A stretch of DNA of 63,771 nucleotides, the filler included, from Octopus bimaculoides (taxonomy: Eukaryota): NCBI RefSeq assembly GCF_001194135.2. It is 7 parts of 6 records of this genome, joined end to end, with 100 filler letters (N's around TTAATTAATTAA, not from the genome) between each part and the next. Parts side by side here need not be neighbours in the genome. Positions count along the whole stretch, not along the records: positions 12,117 to 23,989 come from NC_069002.1; 6 more parts are not named here. One strand, given 5' to 3'. Of this stretch, positions 13,435 through 24,089 are shown piece after piece. Both the position numbers and the translations under genes were made by a program. Numbering within the stretch: the stretch's first letter is position 1; each line of letters begins with the position of its first letter. The notes under the pieces were generated by a model that saw only the letters and a program-made list of their open reading frames with translations, had not been told where the DNA came from and did not search any database.

Positions 13435-13560
13435 TGGTTAAGTGGTTGGGATGTTGGACTCCCAATTGTAAGATTGTGGTTTCAGTTCCTGGACCAGGTG
13501 AAATGTCCTTGAGCAAAGCACTTTATTTCACGTTGCTCCGGTCCACTCAGCTGTAGGAAT
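13435..13560 (+). mobile_element. tRNA-derived SINE head (family C)
   Basis: AAGTGGTTGGG...GGTTTCAGTTCC (A/B-box-like) followed by CTTGAGCAAAGCACTTTATTTCACGTTGCTCC, shared with 14437-14700 and 18880-19175. Confidence 0.7.
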
Positions 13561-13575
13561 GTGTTTAGCCTAGAG

Positions 13576-13820
13576 CAGGGGTTTTCAAACTTTTTGACTT
13601 GCGGACCCCTTTATATTAAACGCTTATGAAATTTATACATAAATATTTGCTTAAAATAACATATTTTTGCATTTATTTAATCAACAGTATTTAACAAATA
13701 AGTTTATTATCAATTAGAAGATTGCGATGAAAAAACATATATAAAATCAAATTGCCCATAAAAAGTATTTGCTGTCCACGGACCCCCTGTGGTCTAGGGA
13801 CCACAGTTTGAAAACCCTTG
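13576..13820. mobile_element. hAT (Charlie-like) MITE, 245 bp
   Basis: TIRs CAGGGGTTTTCAAACT / AGTTTGAAAACCCTTG. Perfect 8-bp TSD GCCTAGAG at 13568-13575 and 13821-13828. Confidence 0.9.
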
Positions 13821-14049
13821 GCCTAGAGGATTTCTCGCCCTAGATACACTGCATGACTGCAGTGCCCCCCAACAACCCTGAGGGGTTAAGGGACTTGTCA
13901 TTGTCATATATAACTTCAGTTTACAGAGATTAACCCTGTAGCATTTACACCAGCCATATGTGGCCCAAAAGCTCTACTTGTTTGAAGTTCAAAACAGGCA
14001 GGTCTGGCCTCTCGTACCCACCCGAGAATGTCATTCTAAAAATACTAAA

Positions 14050-14195
14050 CCATATCGTTAGGAAGGGCATCCAGCTATAGAAACTCTGCCAAATCAGATT
14101 GGAGCCTGGTGTAGCCATCTGGTTTCAACAGTCCTCAGTCAAATCGTCTAACCCATGCTAGCATGGAAAGCTGACGTTAAACGACGATGATGATG
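14050..14195 (+). mobile_element. RTE-tail-like retroposon fragment ending in (GAT)n
   Basis: AGGAAGGGCATCCAGC...AACCCATGCTAGCATGGAAAG..GACGTTAAACGACGATGATGATG. Related copies at about 15900-16000, 37050-37400, 41040-41180, 41520-41740 and 42495-42780. Confidence 0.7.
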
Positions 14196-14436
14196 ACATC
14201 TATAGACTATCACTGAAATCTCACAGCTTCAAGTAATGCATAATTAATTCAAAGCAATATGAATAAATAAGTACTGCACTTGAGGAAGTAATCAGAAAGC
14301 TAAGAGGGCTAAAGGTTAGCACTTAGGAAGAGCTCCATGATGTAGTGTAAACAAAACAAAAGCTCTGCTCCAGATACGACAAAGCAACCATCCTAGATAA
14401 ATCTGACACTTATTGCCAGTATCTGAGAATGCACAT

Positions 14437-14700
14437 GGCTCAGTGGTTAGTGTCAGGCTCACAAACATGAAGAAGTGAGCTCGATTCCCAGACCAGGCTG
14501 TGTGTTGTGTTCTTGAGCAAGACACTTTATTTTACGTTGCGCCAGTTCACTCAACTGTAGAAATGAGTTGTGACATCACTGATGTTGAGCTGTATCGGCC
14601 CCTTTGCCTTTCCCTTGGATAACATCAGTGACATGGAAAGAGGAGACTGGTGTATGCATGGACAACTGCTGGTCTTCCATAAACAACCTGCACAGGAACC
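14437..14700 (+). mobile_element. tRNA-derived SINE (family C)
   Basis: TGGCTCAGTGGTTAG (A box), GAGCTCGATTCCC (B-box-like), CTTGAGCAAGACACTTT core. Confidence 0.75.
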
Positions 14701-14869
14701 AAATATACTTGGCTTCATGCACCTTGAGATACATTAACCAAGTCGACTCCATTTTGATATAGTGGGATACTTTCCAAAACTCTACATTTCAACAGTTTGT
14801 TTCCGTTAGCATATAAGATGTCACATGAACTGATTTGCATATTGGTGTGTTACATTACTGGATTGTGAG

Positions 14870-15469
14870 CCATGTTCAACTGGTTGTATCCAGTCAAAAT
14901 ATTCTACCAGTTGTGTGTTGAAACCAGCTAGATCCAGTCTTTCGCACCAAATCTCAAAGCTGAGATAATGCAAAATTAATTCAAAACAATGTCAATAAAT
15001 AAGCATTAGATTTGACAGATTACTGAATGCTAAAGGGTTAACTTATCAGCATTTAAACTAGCCATGTCTGGCCAAAATACTCAACCTATTTCATGTTCAA
15101 ACTGACCAGATCTAGCCTCTCACACCTAACCAGCCATGTCATTCTAGAGCTAAACAATCACATCATTGAAATCTCGTAGCTATGAGATAATGCAAGATTA
15201 ATTCAAAACAATGTGAATAAATAAGCATTAGATTTGACAGAGTTATCTAAATGCTAAGGGGTTAAACCCGCCATAGCCAGTCCAAATATTCTACCTGTTT
15301 AAAAATGTTTAAACCAACCAGATCTGGGCTCACAACTATCCTGCAATGTCATTCCAAAAATAATCATGTCACTGAAATCTCGTAGGTACAAGATAATGCA
15401 TAATTAATTGAAAACAATGTAATTAAATAAGCATTACATTTGAGTGATATGAATGCTTAAAAAGGTTAA
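14870..15469. mobile_element. Three tandem piggyBac-like MITE copies sharing TTAA junctions
   Basis: Each unit ends AATGCT(A)AAGGG|TTAA or a close variant (TTAA at 15038, 15262, 15466). Units share GAGATAATGCA..ATTAATT(C/G)AAAACAATGT..ATAAATAAGCATTA. Partial copies at about 13940-14280, 15770-15830 and 20350-20470. Confidence 0.75.
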
Positions 15470-15496
15470 ACATAATAATCAGAAATAGTTACGTAC

Positions 15497-15662
15497 CGTG
15501 TTCATAAGGAGAGAAAGTTCCGGCATCGATGTTAATGTAAGGGTCAATCTTAATCGATGTCACTTTTATATTGCATGCCTTCAACAGGGTTCCAATACTG
15601 CTGGCAATGACGCCTTTACCAAGACCACTAATCACACCGCCTGTCACAAGAATGTATTTCAT
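15497..15662 (-). CDS. CTPS: CTP synthase, first coding exon (aa 1-55 plus first base of G56); remaining exons not found in the window
   Basis: Translates [55 protein letters not shown](G), the canonical CTP synthase N-terminus (GGVISGxGKG P-loop, [19 protein letters not shown]). 166 nt ending CACG|GTACGT at a phase-1 donor (15496). Confidence 0.97.
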
Positions 15663-15695
15663 AATGTGATTTGGCCTAACACAATGTCTGATGTT
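15663..15695 (-). other. 5' UTR part of the CTPS exon, preceded by a splice acceptor
   Basis: The minus strand reads TTCTTCC(T)nCCATCTCCAG|AACATCAG... with AG at 15697-15696, 33 nt upstream of the ATG. This implies at least one upstream non-coding exon. Confidence 0.75.
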
Positions 15696-17414
15696 CTGGA
15701 GATGGAAAAAAAAAAAGGAAGAAAAAATATAATATTGTACATGAAAATATACAACTATCATCACTATTTTAACTTTTTAGCATTTAAACTGGCAAAATTT
15801 GGCCAAAATATTCTGTTTTAGATCAAATTAACTATAAGTAGCAGGTTTCAAAGGAGTTAATTCATTCGACTAAAAGTGGAAGGTGGTGCCCCAACATAGC
15901 CGCAGTCTAATAGCCTGGTGCAGCTTCCTGGCTTCCCCTCCTCAATTGAACTGTCCAGCGTATGCTAGTATGGAAAACAGACATTAAACGATGATGATGA
16001 TATATAAATATAAATTATTTATGGATAAAGAAGGTAATCAATGGTTTCATGAGGAAGAGATGACCACAACTGAATAACCGCATCCAAAATCAAAAGAGTA
16101 CAAAGATTCCAAAGTGGCGAGCTTGAACAATTGTGGCAATCTCTTCTACAGGAAACAATTGGTTGCCTTGAAAATCCACAAATGAAGAATATCTACCAAC
16201 CAATGCAGTATTGAGCACTTAGTCTTACCATCTGATAATAGGGTTTGGGTGTGTGCCAGAGAGCCTGTCTAACTCTCTCTCTCTCTCGTCTTTATCACCT
16301 TAGTTCTCACCTATTCTGATGATATATGCATAAGGACCCATACCAACTACAAATGTATCCCATTCACATCATCTATACTCGCCACAAGCTATTTGCTACA
16401 TACATGCATCATTCACTCCTCCCTTTTATCCACTACTTGCTGTCTCTCATTCTCCAGAGCTAGCAATAGCCATGATAAAATGCACCAAGAACACTCAAGT
16501 AATAGGGTTGTGGGGAACTTTAAGTCTTGCCAAAAAACTAACAGCCTTTTTAATGCTGGTGGCACAAAACAATGTACCCTTTGAATTACACATACAATCA
16601 TTCTGACAAGCTTCGATACAGTTTCTATCCACCCAATTTCATTCATAGGGTATGCCTCGAAAATCACATTTTCCCAAGAGATTGGATTGAACCTTGTAGA
16701 TATCAGCTATACAGTTCCACACAAACACACACACAAGTAGAAAATGTGGTAGTCAAAACTTCATAGGACATATACTCATTTCAGCAAAATGTCGAAATGA
16801 TTACGTCACAAATAGAGACATTATGCATCAGGCATTTCACCTCATCAGTGTTTTACCATAGAAGTTAAGGGGCAAAACATTTGCCCAAGTGGGGTTTCTT
16901 CCTTGAAAACCTGCCGTTCAGACCACAAGTTTCTTACCACCACTACATACACACGCACACACACACACACACAAAAACATACGCACACGCACGCACAACG
17001 TAAGAGATAAAAGTTACCATCATGTGACTCAGAATAAAACATTTCTTCAGTAATCAGAATACGTTCACTGATTAAAATCATCATAGTCACAAGAAACTTC
17101 TATAAAAATGGTTAATTAGTCTATTGTGGAGAATGAACTAACTGGACAAAAGTTTTGGAATTATTTTTATTCTATTTCCATGCAACAGATTAAAATTCTG
17201 TACACACACACACACAAGAACACATATAGACACACACATATATGCAGCCCGGAAAAGTATAGGAACCACTGGTTTAGACAAACTGATCGACAGCAAGGTG
17301 ATCCAGCCTTTAACCAGTGTTAACACAACGCAAATTCATTCATTCTCCTGCCAAAGACAAATCTGGCCTTTCATGAGCAACAGGTAATATGAGTTGATCT
17401 ACAATATTTATTTC

Positions 17415-17640
17415 TTTATTGCCCACAGGGGGCTAAACATAGAGTGGACAAACAAGGACAAAGGGATTAAGTCAAATACATAGAATCCAGTGCGTAACTG
17501 GTACTTAATTTATCGACCCCGAAAGGATGAAAGGCAAAGTTGACCTTGGCGGAAATTGAACCCTGAACGTAACAACAGACGGAATACCACTAAACATTTC
17601 GCTCGGCGTGCTACCGATTCTGCCAGCTCGCCGCCTTTTG
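17415..17640 (-). mobile_element. tRNA-derived SINE (family B)
   Basis: Reverse complement of the 6303-6515 copy: TTATCGACCCCGAAAGGATGAAAGGCAAAGTTGACC...CGATTCTGCCAGCTCGCCGCC. Confidence 0.85.
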
Positions 17641-18056
17641 AGTAGATCTGCAATATTAGATTGCACTTGCAACCTGCAGACGTCTCAGTCTGCAGTGTGA
17701 AGTCATGGCTGACTGGTTATTGCNNNNNNNNNNNNNNNNNNNNNNNNNNNNNNNNNNNNNNNNNNNNNNNNNNNNNNNNNNNNNNNNNNNNNNNNNNNNN
17801 NNNNNNNNNNNNNNNNNNNNNNNNNNNNNNNNNNNNNNNNNNNNNNNNNNNNNNNNNNNNNNNNNNNNNNNNNNNNNNNNNNNNNNNNNNNNNNNNNNNN
17901 NNNNNNNNNNNNNNNNNNNNNNNNNNNNNNNNNNNNNNNNNNNNNNNNNNNNNNNNNNNNNNNNNNNNNNNNNNNNNNNNNNNNNNNNNNNNNNNNNNNN
18001 NNNNNNNNNNNNNNNNNNNNNNNNNNNNNNNNNNNNNNNNNNNNNNNNNNNNNNNN

Positions 18057-18087
<31 letters not shown>

Positions 18088-18879
18088 GTATTCGCAGACG
18101 GCACTTTTTTACCAAAACTTTTGATAGAACTCAGAGTGTGACCTAGCCAATCAACATCACAGGGATCTGAAGTAAATGGCAGCATATCAGTAGTCCAGGC
18201 ACGTACCCTGGATTCAATCCTGATGAAGTTTAATAATTACTAGACTACCCGTGACCTGTTGAGTCACTGACGATTCAGGTTATAAAACATTGAACTGATT
18301 TCAACATTGCATTGAAAACTCTTCATGGCGGTGCTCCAGCATGACCGCAGTCAACTGAAACAAGTAAAAGAATGTGTGTGTTGTGTGTGTGTACACATGC
18401 AGACATACACACAGAGAACAGTTGACTAAGGGACCAAATACAATAAGACTGAACACGAAATTATGCAAATAAGTGAAAAGAGAAGAAAAAAATAAATGAA
18501 GCTTGTAAACCAGTCGGTTGATTATTTATATTGTTCAAAGCAGGTGAACAATACAGGTCACAGCAACCCGAAACTAGATCTAAAATAATTAAACTTACTG
18601 TAGCATATGTAATTGAGCAGACAACCAAGACAGAGACAAAATAGCTGACTGACATTAATTGATGCTCTGGTAACTTGCCTTTCATTGTCATCAATTTCCC
18701 CTCGCTGGCATGGGCCGGACGAACTGACGGGAGCTGGCTAGTCAGAGAACTGTGCCAAGTTCTGTCTGTGTCTGCTTTGGCATCAACATTACACAGAGTT
18801 CCAACTAAAACAAGACTACATTTTTGTCCAGAAGCATTTGTCCTTAACGCTTTAGCAATCAAATTACTCTGGCAAATGG

Positions 18880-19175
18880 CACCCCATCAGTTCCAATGAT
18901 GAGGGGTTCCAGGTGGTCCAATTAACAGAACAGTTTGCTCATGAAATTAATGTGCAAGGGGCTGAACACTCCACAGATATGCATACCCTTAATGCAGTTC
19001 TCAGAGAGATTCAGCGTGACAAAGCTGGCCCTTTGAAATACAAGTACTACTCATTTTTTCCAGATGAGTGGATTGGAGCAACGTGAAATAAAGTGTCTTG
19101 CTCAAGGACAAAACGCTTCACCAGGAATTGAACTCATGAGTCGAATATCCTAAGCACTAAGCCACACACACCTTC
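18880..19175 (-). mobile_element. tRNA-derived SINE (family C)
   Basis: GAGCAACGTGAAATAAAGTGTCTTGCTCAAGG...GGAATTGAACTC...CACTAAGCCAC is the reverse of the A/B-box head and core. Related copies at 49580-49770 and 58200-58420. Confidence 0.75.
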
Positions 19176-19659
19176 ACGCTGGCAAATATAATGCTTATTT
19201 ATTCACACCATTTTGAACTAGGCATTGTTTTCATAGCTTCCTCCAATGCCTAGATATATTTCTATAGAAGATTAAAACAAATGATACCATTGCTGCAGCA
19301 TTGATGCTCATTTCCCAGCTATCACACAAGATTAAGGAAACACAAATATGGTACAATGACCCTTTCAAAGTACAAACTAATTTTATTAAATTCTTTGTTA
19401 ATTTCAAATTGAAACAAAGGTGGTATTGTATTTCAAAGGAAATATAGTAAGAAAAGGGCTTAACTACCCAACCAATGCATATTCCTTTTATAAAATGATT
19501 TATAGCAGTAAGCTCAGTGTTTTTAAATGGTTTCCCAAAAATATTTCCTGTGTCAACCCTTTTAACATGTTATAATCATCCTTGTTTTGAAGCACTTCAA
19601 CAATTTTGACACTAACCTGCCCAAAATTGTCCTTGCCCCTATGGAACGGGCTTTCTGTT

Positions 19660-19830
19660 TTAACCCTTTTGATACCAAAGCACCTGAAACAGCCCCTGGT
19701 TCCATGACACAAACTTCATTTTAAAGTATTCTAAATTAAAACCATCCATGTTATGTTCCAAGAACCAGCTTAATGACAAAGTTAGTTAATTAATTGAAAC
19801 AAAGCCAATGTATGGTAATAAGAGGGTTAA
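19660..19830. mobile_element. piggyBac-like MITE (second family)
   Basis: TTAA|CCCTTTT ... AAGAGGG|TTAA, i.e. TTAA target duplication and CCC/GGG termini. Confidence 0.65.
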
Positions 19831-21399
19831 ATTAAAACCTTCAATCAAAATATGTTAATTTAAGTTTCAACCCCAGGTTAATTAATAACAGCAAACGGTT
19901 AAACCACACAGTTATATATGCACCTTATATAAAACGATTTACCTTTTAGTAGTAAACTGACATTTCTAAAGTATTTTTGAGAAATATTTCCAATGTTAAA
20001 CCACACTGCCATGCATGTACCTGAAGTAGAATTATTTACCATTTGGGAGCAAGACAATGGTGTTTCTAAGTGATTTTCAGGAAATACTTTGTAAGTTAAA
20101 GAAAACCGGCAGCACAGCTATAGTGACCCATTCTTCATTCTCAAACAAAGTTATGAAACTCAAACTTACCATGAACGGAGAAGATGGTAACTGGGTTTGT
20201 TTGTTTTTTTGTTTTTCTGAGTGGAAATAACAGGATTCTGATGGCAAAAATGAGCCTCCAAATGGTGTTGAGATTCTATCAAATGAAGGGGAAATGGTAA
20301 ATCAAGTTTCTGGTAGTCCATTGAATCCTGCAAACTTCACACACAGGGTAATACTGTCTTTAGTATCTAAACCAGCCATATCTGACCCAAATATTCTGTT
20401 TTATGTTCAAAGCAGCCAGATTTGACCTCTCACTTATCCAACAATGCCATTCTAAAAATAAACATGCATGTCAATCTCAACAGTGCAAGTGGCAATGAGA
20501 AAAAAGCAACCAGTCCAAACTATAAAATGGTTGGTGACACTAAGAAGGGCCTCTAGCTGCAAAATGCTGAAGCACAAGCCAGTTCTTGGACATCAGATCC
20601 AATCAAATCATCCAACCCATTAAATTATGAGTGTGTGTGTATATATATATACACGTGTGCAACAGCTGGGTTTAATTAGCACGTATTTTCCTTGTAACAC
20701 CTGCAAGGTACACTATTGCTTGTGCCTGTTTACATTTACAACTATACCAAATACAACCATATTTTCTTACATGTTCCATATACACACCACACAGACATCT
20801 ACATACATAGATACATCTACATACATAGATACATACACACACACACCTATTAATACAATGAAATAGTCACTGTGGTAATTCGCTTTTCCAAGTGTAATAA
20901 CTTGTCTTGTACTTTTCTAGAAGAATATTTTTCTCGCTCACATTTTTCCATGTAATCCATGATTTTTCCAGGCTATGCTATTATACTAATTAATATGTCA
21001 ATTAGCAGTGTTGTTATTTTTTTCCTTACCTCAATGAGGTCAGTTACATATTAAAAGTCCCTTAGAACTATATTATAATCCTCAAATTTCAGAAACAAAC
21101 ATTCATAACTTTTCCCTTTTAAAACTTCATTGCATGAAATTCTAATTGAGCTCTATCATTTAAGCTTAATTAAAATATAGTTTGTTTTTAAAACAAACAA
21201 GTTAATTATACTAAATGCCTTTTTTTTTTTTCATATTTTACCTCAACTTTTTTGATACAAATTTTTGTTGCATGGAACCAAAACTATGAAATTCCTCATG
21301 CGTTCTATCAATGAAGCTAAGATAAATTTTGCTTTTATAATAAAAAAGTTATTCAGATCTAAACTCGATTGGTTACTTCGCTACAAAATTTTTGGAAGT

Positions 21400-21596
21400 G
21401 AACTTTTTCCTACATGACGAAATCTCTTTTTTTTAATGCCAAAATGTAGCTAGGGACCAGTCCCCCTTCAAAAATAATGGTTTTCCATTTGATTAAGAAC
21501 TTTTTCCTACATGACGAAATCTCATTTTTTTCATGCCAAAATGTAGCTAGGGACCAGTCCCCCTTCAAAAATAATGGTTTTCCATTTGATTAAGAA
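21400..21596. repeat. 97-bp tandem duplication running into a gap
   Basis: GAACTTTTTCCTACATGACGAAATCTC...GGGACCAGTCCCCCTTCAAAAATAATGG starts at 21400 and 21497. A third start may lie at 21594. Confidence 0.9.
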
Positions 21597-21824
21597 NNNN
21601 NNNNNNNNNNNNNNNNNNNNNNNNNNNNNNNNNNNNNNNNNNNNNNNNNNNNNNNNNNNNNNNNNNNNNNNNNNNNNNNNNNNNNNNNNNNNNNNNNNNN
21701 NNNNNNNNNNNNNNNNNNNNNNNNNNNNNNNNNNNNNNNNNNNNNNNNNNNNNNNNNNNNNNNNNNNNNNNNNNNNNNNNNNNNNNNNNNNNNNNNNNNN
21801 NNNNNNNNNNNNNNNNNNNNNNNN

Positions 21825-21873
<49 letters not shown>

Positions 21874-22129
21874 TACACTGTACTCAGTACTCACTCTCAG
21901 AGCTCCACACCTAAAGTATTGAATGCACCAATCAACCAGTTCCCAACTGACTGGTGCAGTCAGTGATCACACGGCATTGCCGCAGCTACAGGTAACAGCA
22001 GCAGCAGCAACTATAAGTGCAGACTGATTAAGGCCAATCTCACAATATATGATTACAGGTGATGGTGAAATATTAAAACCAAATCAACTTTTTCTTGGGA
22101 CAATTTACCTTTCATGCTTTTTTTTTTTG

Positions 22130-22440
22130 TCAGACTGTGACCATGCTGGTGCAGCACCTTGAAGGGATTTTAGTCGGACAAACCGACCCCAAGACTATTT
22201 CTTCAGCCTAGTACTTATTCTATCAGTCTCTTTTCGACAAACTGCCAAGTTACAGGGACGCAAACACACCAACACCGACACATATATACACACACGACAG
22301 GCTTCTTTCAGATTCTATCTACCAAATCCACTCACAAAGCTTCGGTCAACCCAAAGCTATAGCAGAAGACACTTAAGTGCCACGCAGTGGGACAAACCGG
22401 AACAATGCCATTGGGAAGCAAATTTCTTACAATACAGCCA
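22130..22440 (-). mobile_element. tRNA-derived SINE (family A)
   Basis: Colinear with 826-1183 and 54725-55065. Confidence 0.85.
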
Positions 22441-23307
22441 TCTTTATTATTTCTTTAAGCTATATTACACCTGGGAAAATTGAGTATTCTACCTGTCCGT
22501 ACATCTATATGTCAATCTGGTCAAATAGCGAACTTTGAAAAAGTAGTTGCTTCTCGTATTTTTAACCCCAAAATGTGATCAGGTAAAACACAGACATGTC
22601 TCAAACCTCCATCTTTTTTATATGAAGGCCTGCTACATTAAAAAAAAAAAAGGCTAATTGATAATGTAGTCCAGATAAAATGTTTGAAAAAAAAATGGGA
22701 ACATGTCTGATTCGTTTTGGATTTATGCATTGTTCATGCACAACATACAAGCACTGAACAATTTGATCAGCACACGAGTTCCAGTGTGGGGAAATCTGAG
22801 AGAAAGAAATAGGAGAGAGAGGGAGGGAGAAACGGTGAAAGGAAGAGACAGACGTGAAAGAAAGAAACATACAGAAAGAGAGAGAGAGGGGGGGGAAGAA
22901 ACGGTGAAAGGAAGAGGAGACAGACGTGAAAGAAAGAAACGTTGAGAGGTGAGAAAGAGAGTGGACGCAGTAGAGAAAGAAACATACAGAAAGAGAGGAA
23001 GAAGGGAAACAAGGCGCAACTTTAATTAAAATATAGATTATGGGAGATATTAATTAAAAAAGCAAGCTTAGACTTAATGGCGATCAAACGACCAGTTTGA
23101 TATATAAAAAGGACACAGTAAAATGGCTATTGTTTAAAAAAAACAGAAACAAATAAAACACCCAATTGTTTCGTTTTAATTGTTCAAGTTTTATTATATA
23201 ATAATGGTGGATCTTTGTCAACCTAGATTATTTTTTTCTAGCACGAATTATTGTGCTTCAAACACATGGATCCACATGTGGTTGTTTAGTATCCAGTAGT
23301 CTGCCGT

Positions 23308-23825
23308 TTGTTATTATATAACGCAGAGAGATAAAGTCTTTATTGCTTCGGATTAAGCACACCCAGGTGAAGGCAAATGAACTCTCTCAAAGAATATGCA
23401 CTTTAGAATAATAGAGCAGGACTCCTCTTAGAATAAAGCCAACATCTCGTAGCAATCTAGAGCTGTCCTGTTCACAAAACAAGACCATTCCTCTGTACCG
23501 TCTTAAGGCATGGGCACACTGAGCGTAAGGGCTTCTCGAGTGTAAGGGTTCGATTCTAACATATGTATGCTGTTGTTTTAAGTCAATAAAATTACAACAG
23601 AGCCCACTGCCACCATCATCACGGATTAAAGCAAATCCACTCAAAAAAAAATGGACCAGTTCCACCATACACAATAGTTTTATTAGTTTTTCTTCAGTTA
23701 TATAATTCCATTTACTTCTTGGCTCTATTATTCTAAAGTGCATATTCTTTGAGAGAGTTCATTTGCCTTTACCTGTGTGTTTAATCCGAAGCAATGACTT
23801 ATCTCTGCGTTATATAATATAACAA
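23308..23825. mobile_element. MITE with about 105-bp terminal inverted repeats and a 304-bp core
   Basis: 23308-23417 is the near-exact reverse complement of 23722-23825. The shared AAGGCAAATGAACTCTCTCAAAGAATATGCACTTTAGAATAATAGAGC block is perfect. The ends are TA-rich. Confidence 0.85.
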
Positions 23826-24089
23826 GTAAGGAAGACATAACTACAGTTTAGTGCCCCACCCGTTTTCTTTCCGTGGGTGTCTCAAAAGTTTTTTTTTTTT
23901 TAGTTGAAATGCTTCCTTGGGTAATAAAATTTTTGAAAATTTTCTTTTTTTTTTGGCGGACGTAAAGAAAGTGGACAGCATTCCCTTTCNNNNNNNNNNN
24001 NNNNNNNNNNNNNNNNNNNNNNNNNNNNNNNNNTTAATTAATTAANNNNNNNNNNNNNNNNNNNNNNNNNNNNNNNNNNNNNNNNNNNN

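Noticed and set aside
16090-16700. Possible LINE remnants
   Set aside because: Too decayed to assign motifs with confidence.
23387-23743. 118-aa ORF
   Set aside because: It lies within the MITE, includes TIR sequence, and has no recognisable motif.
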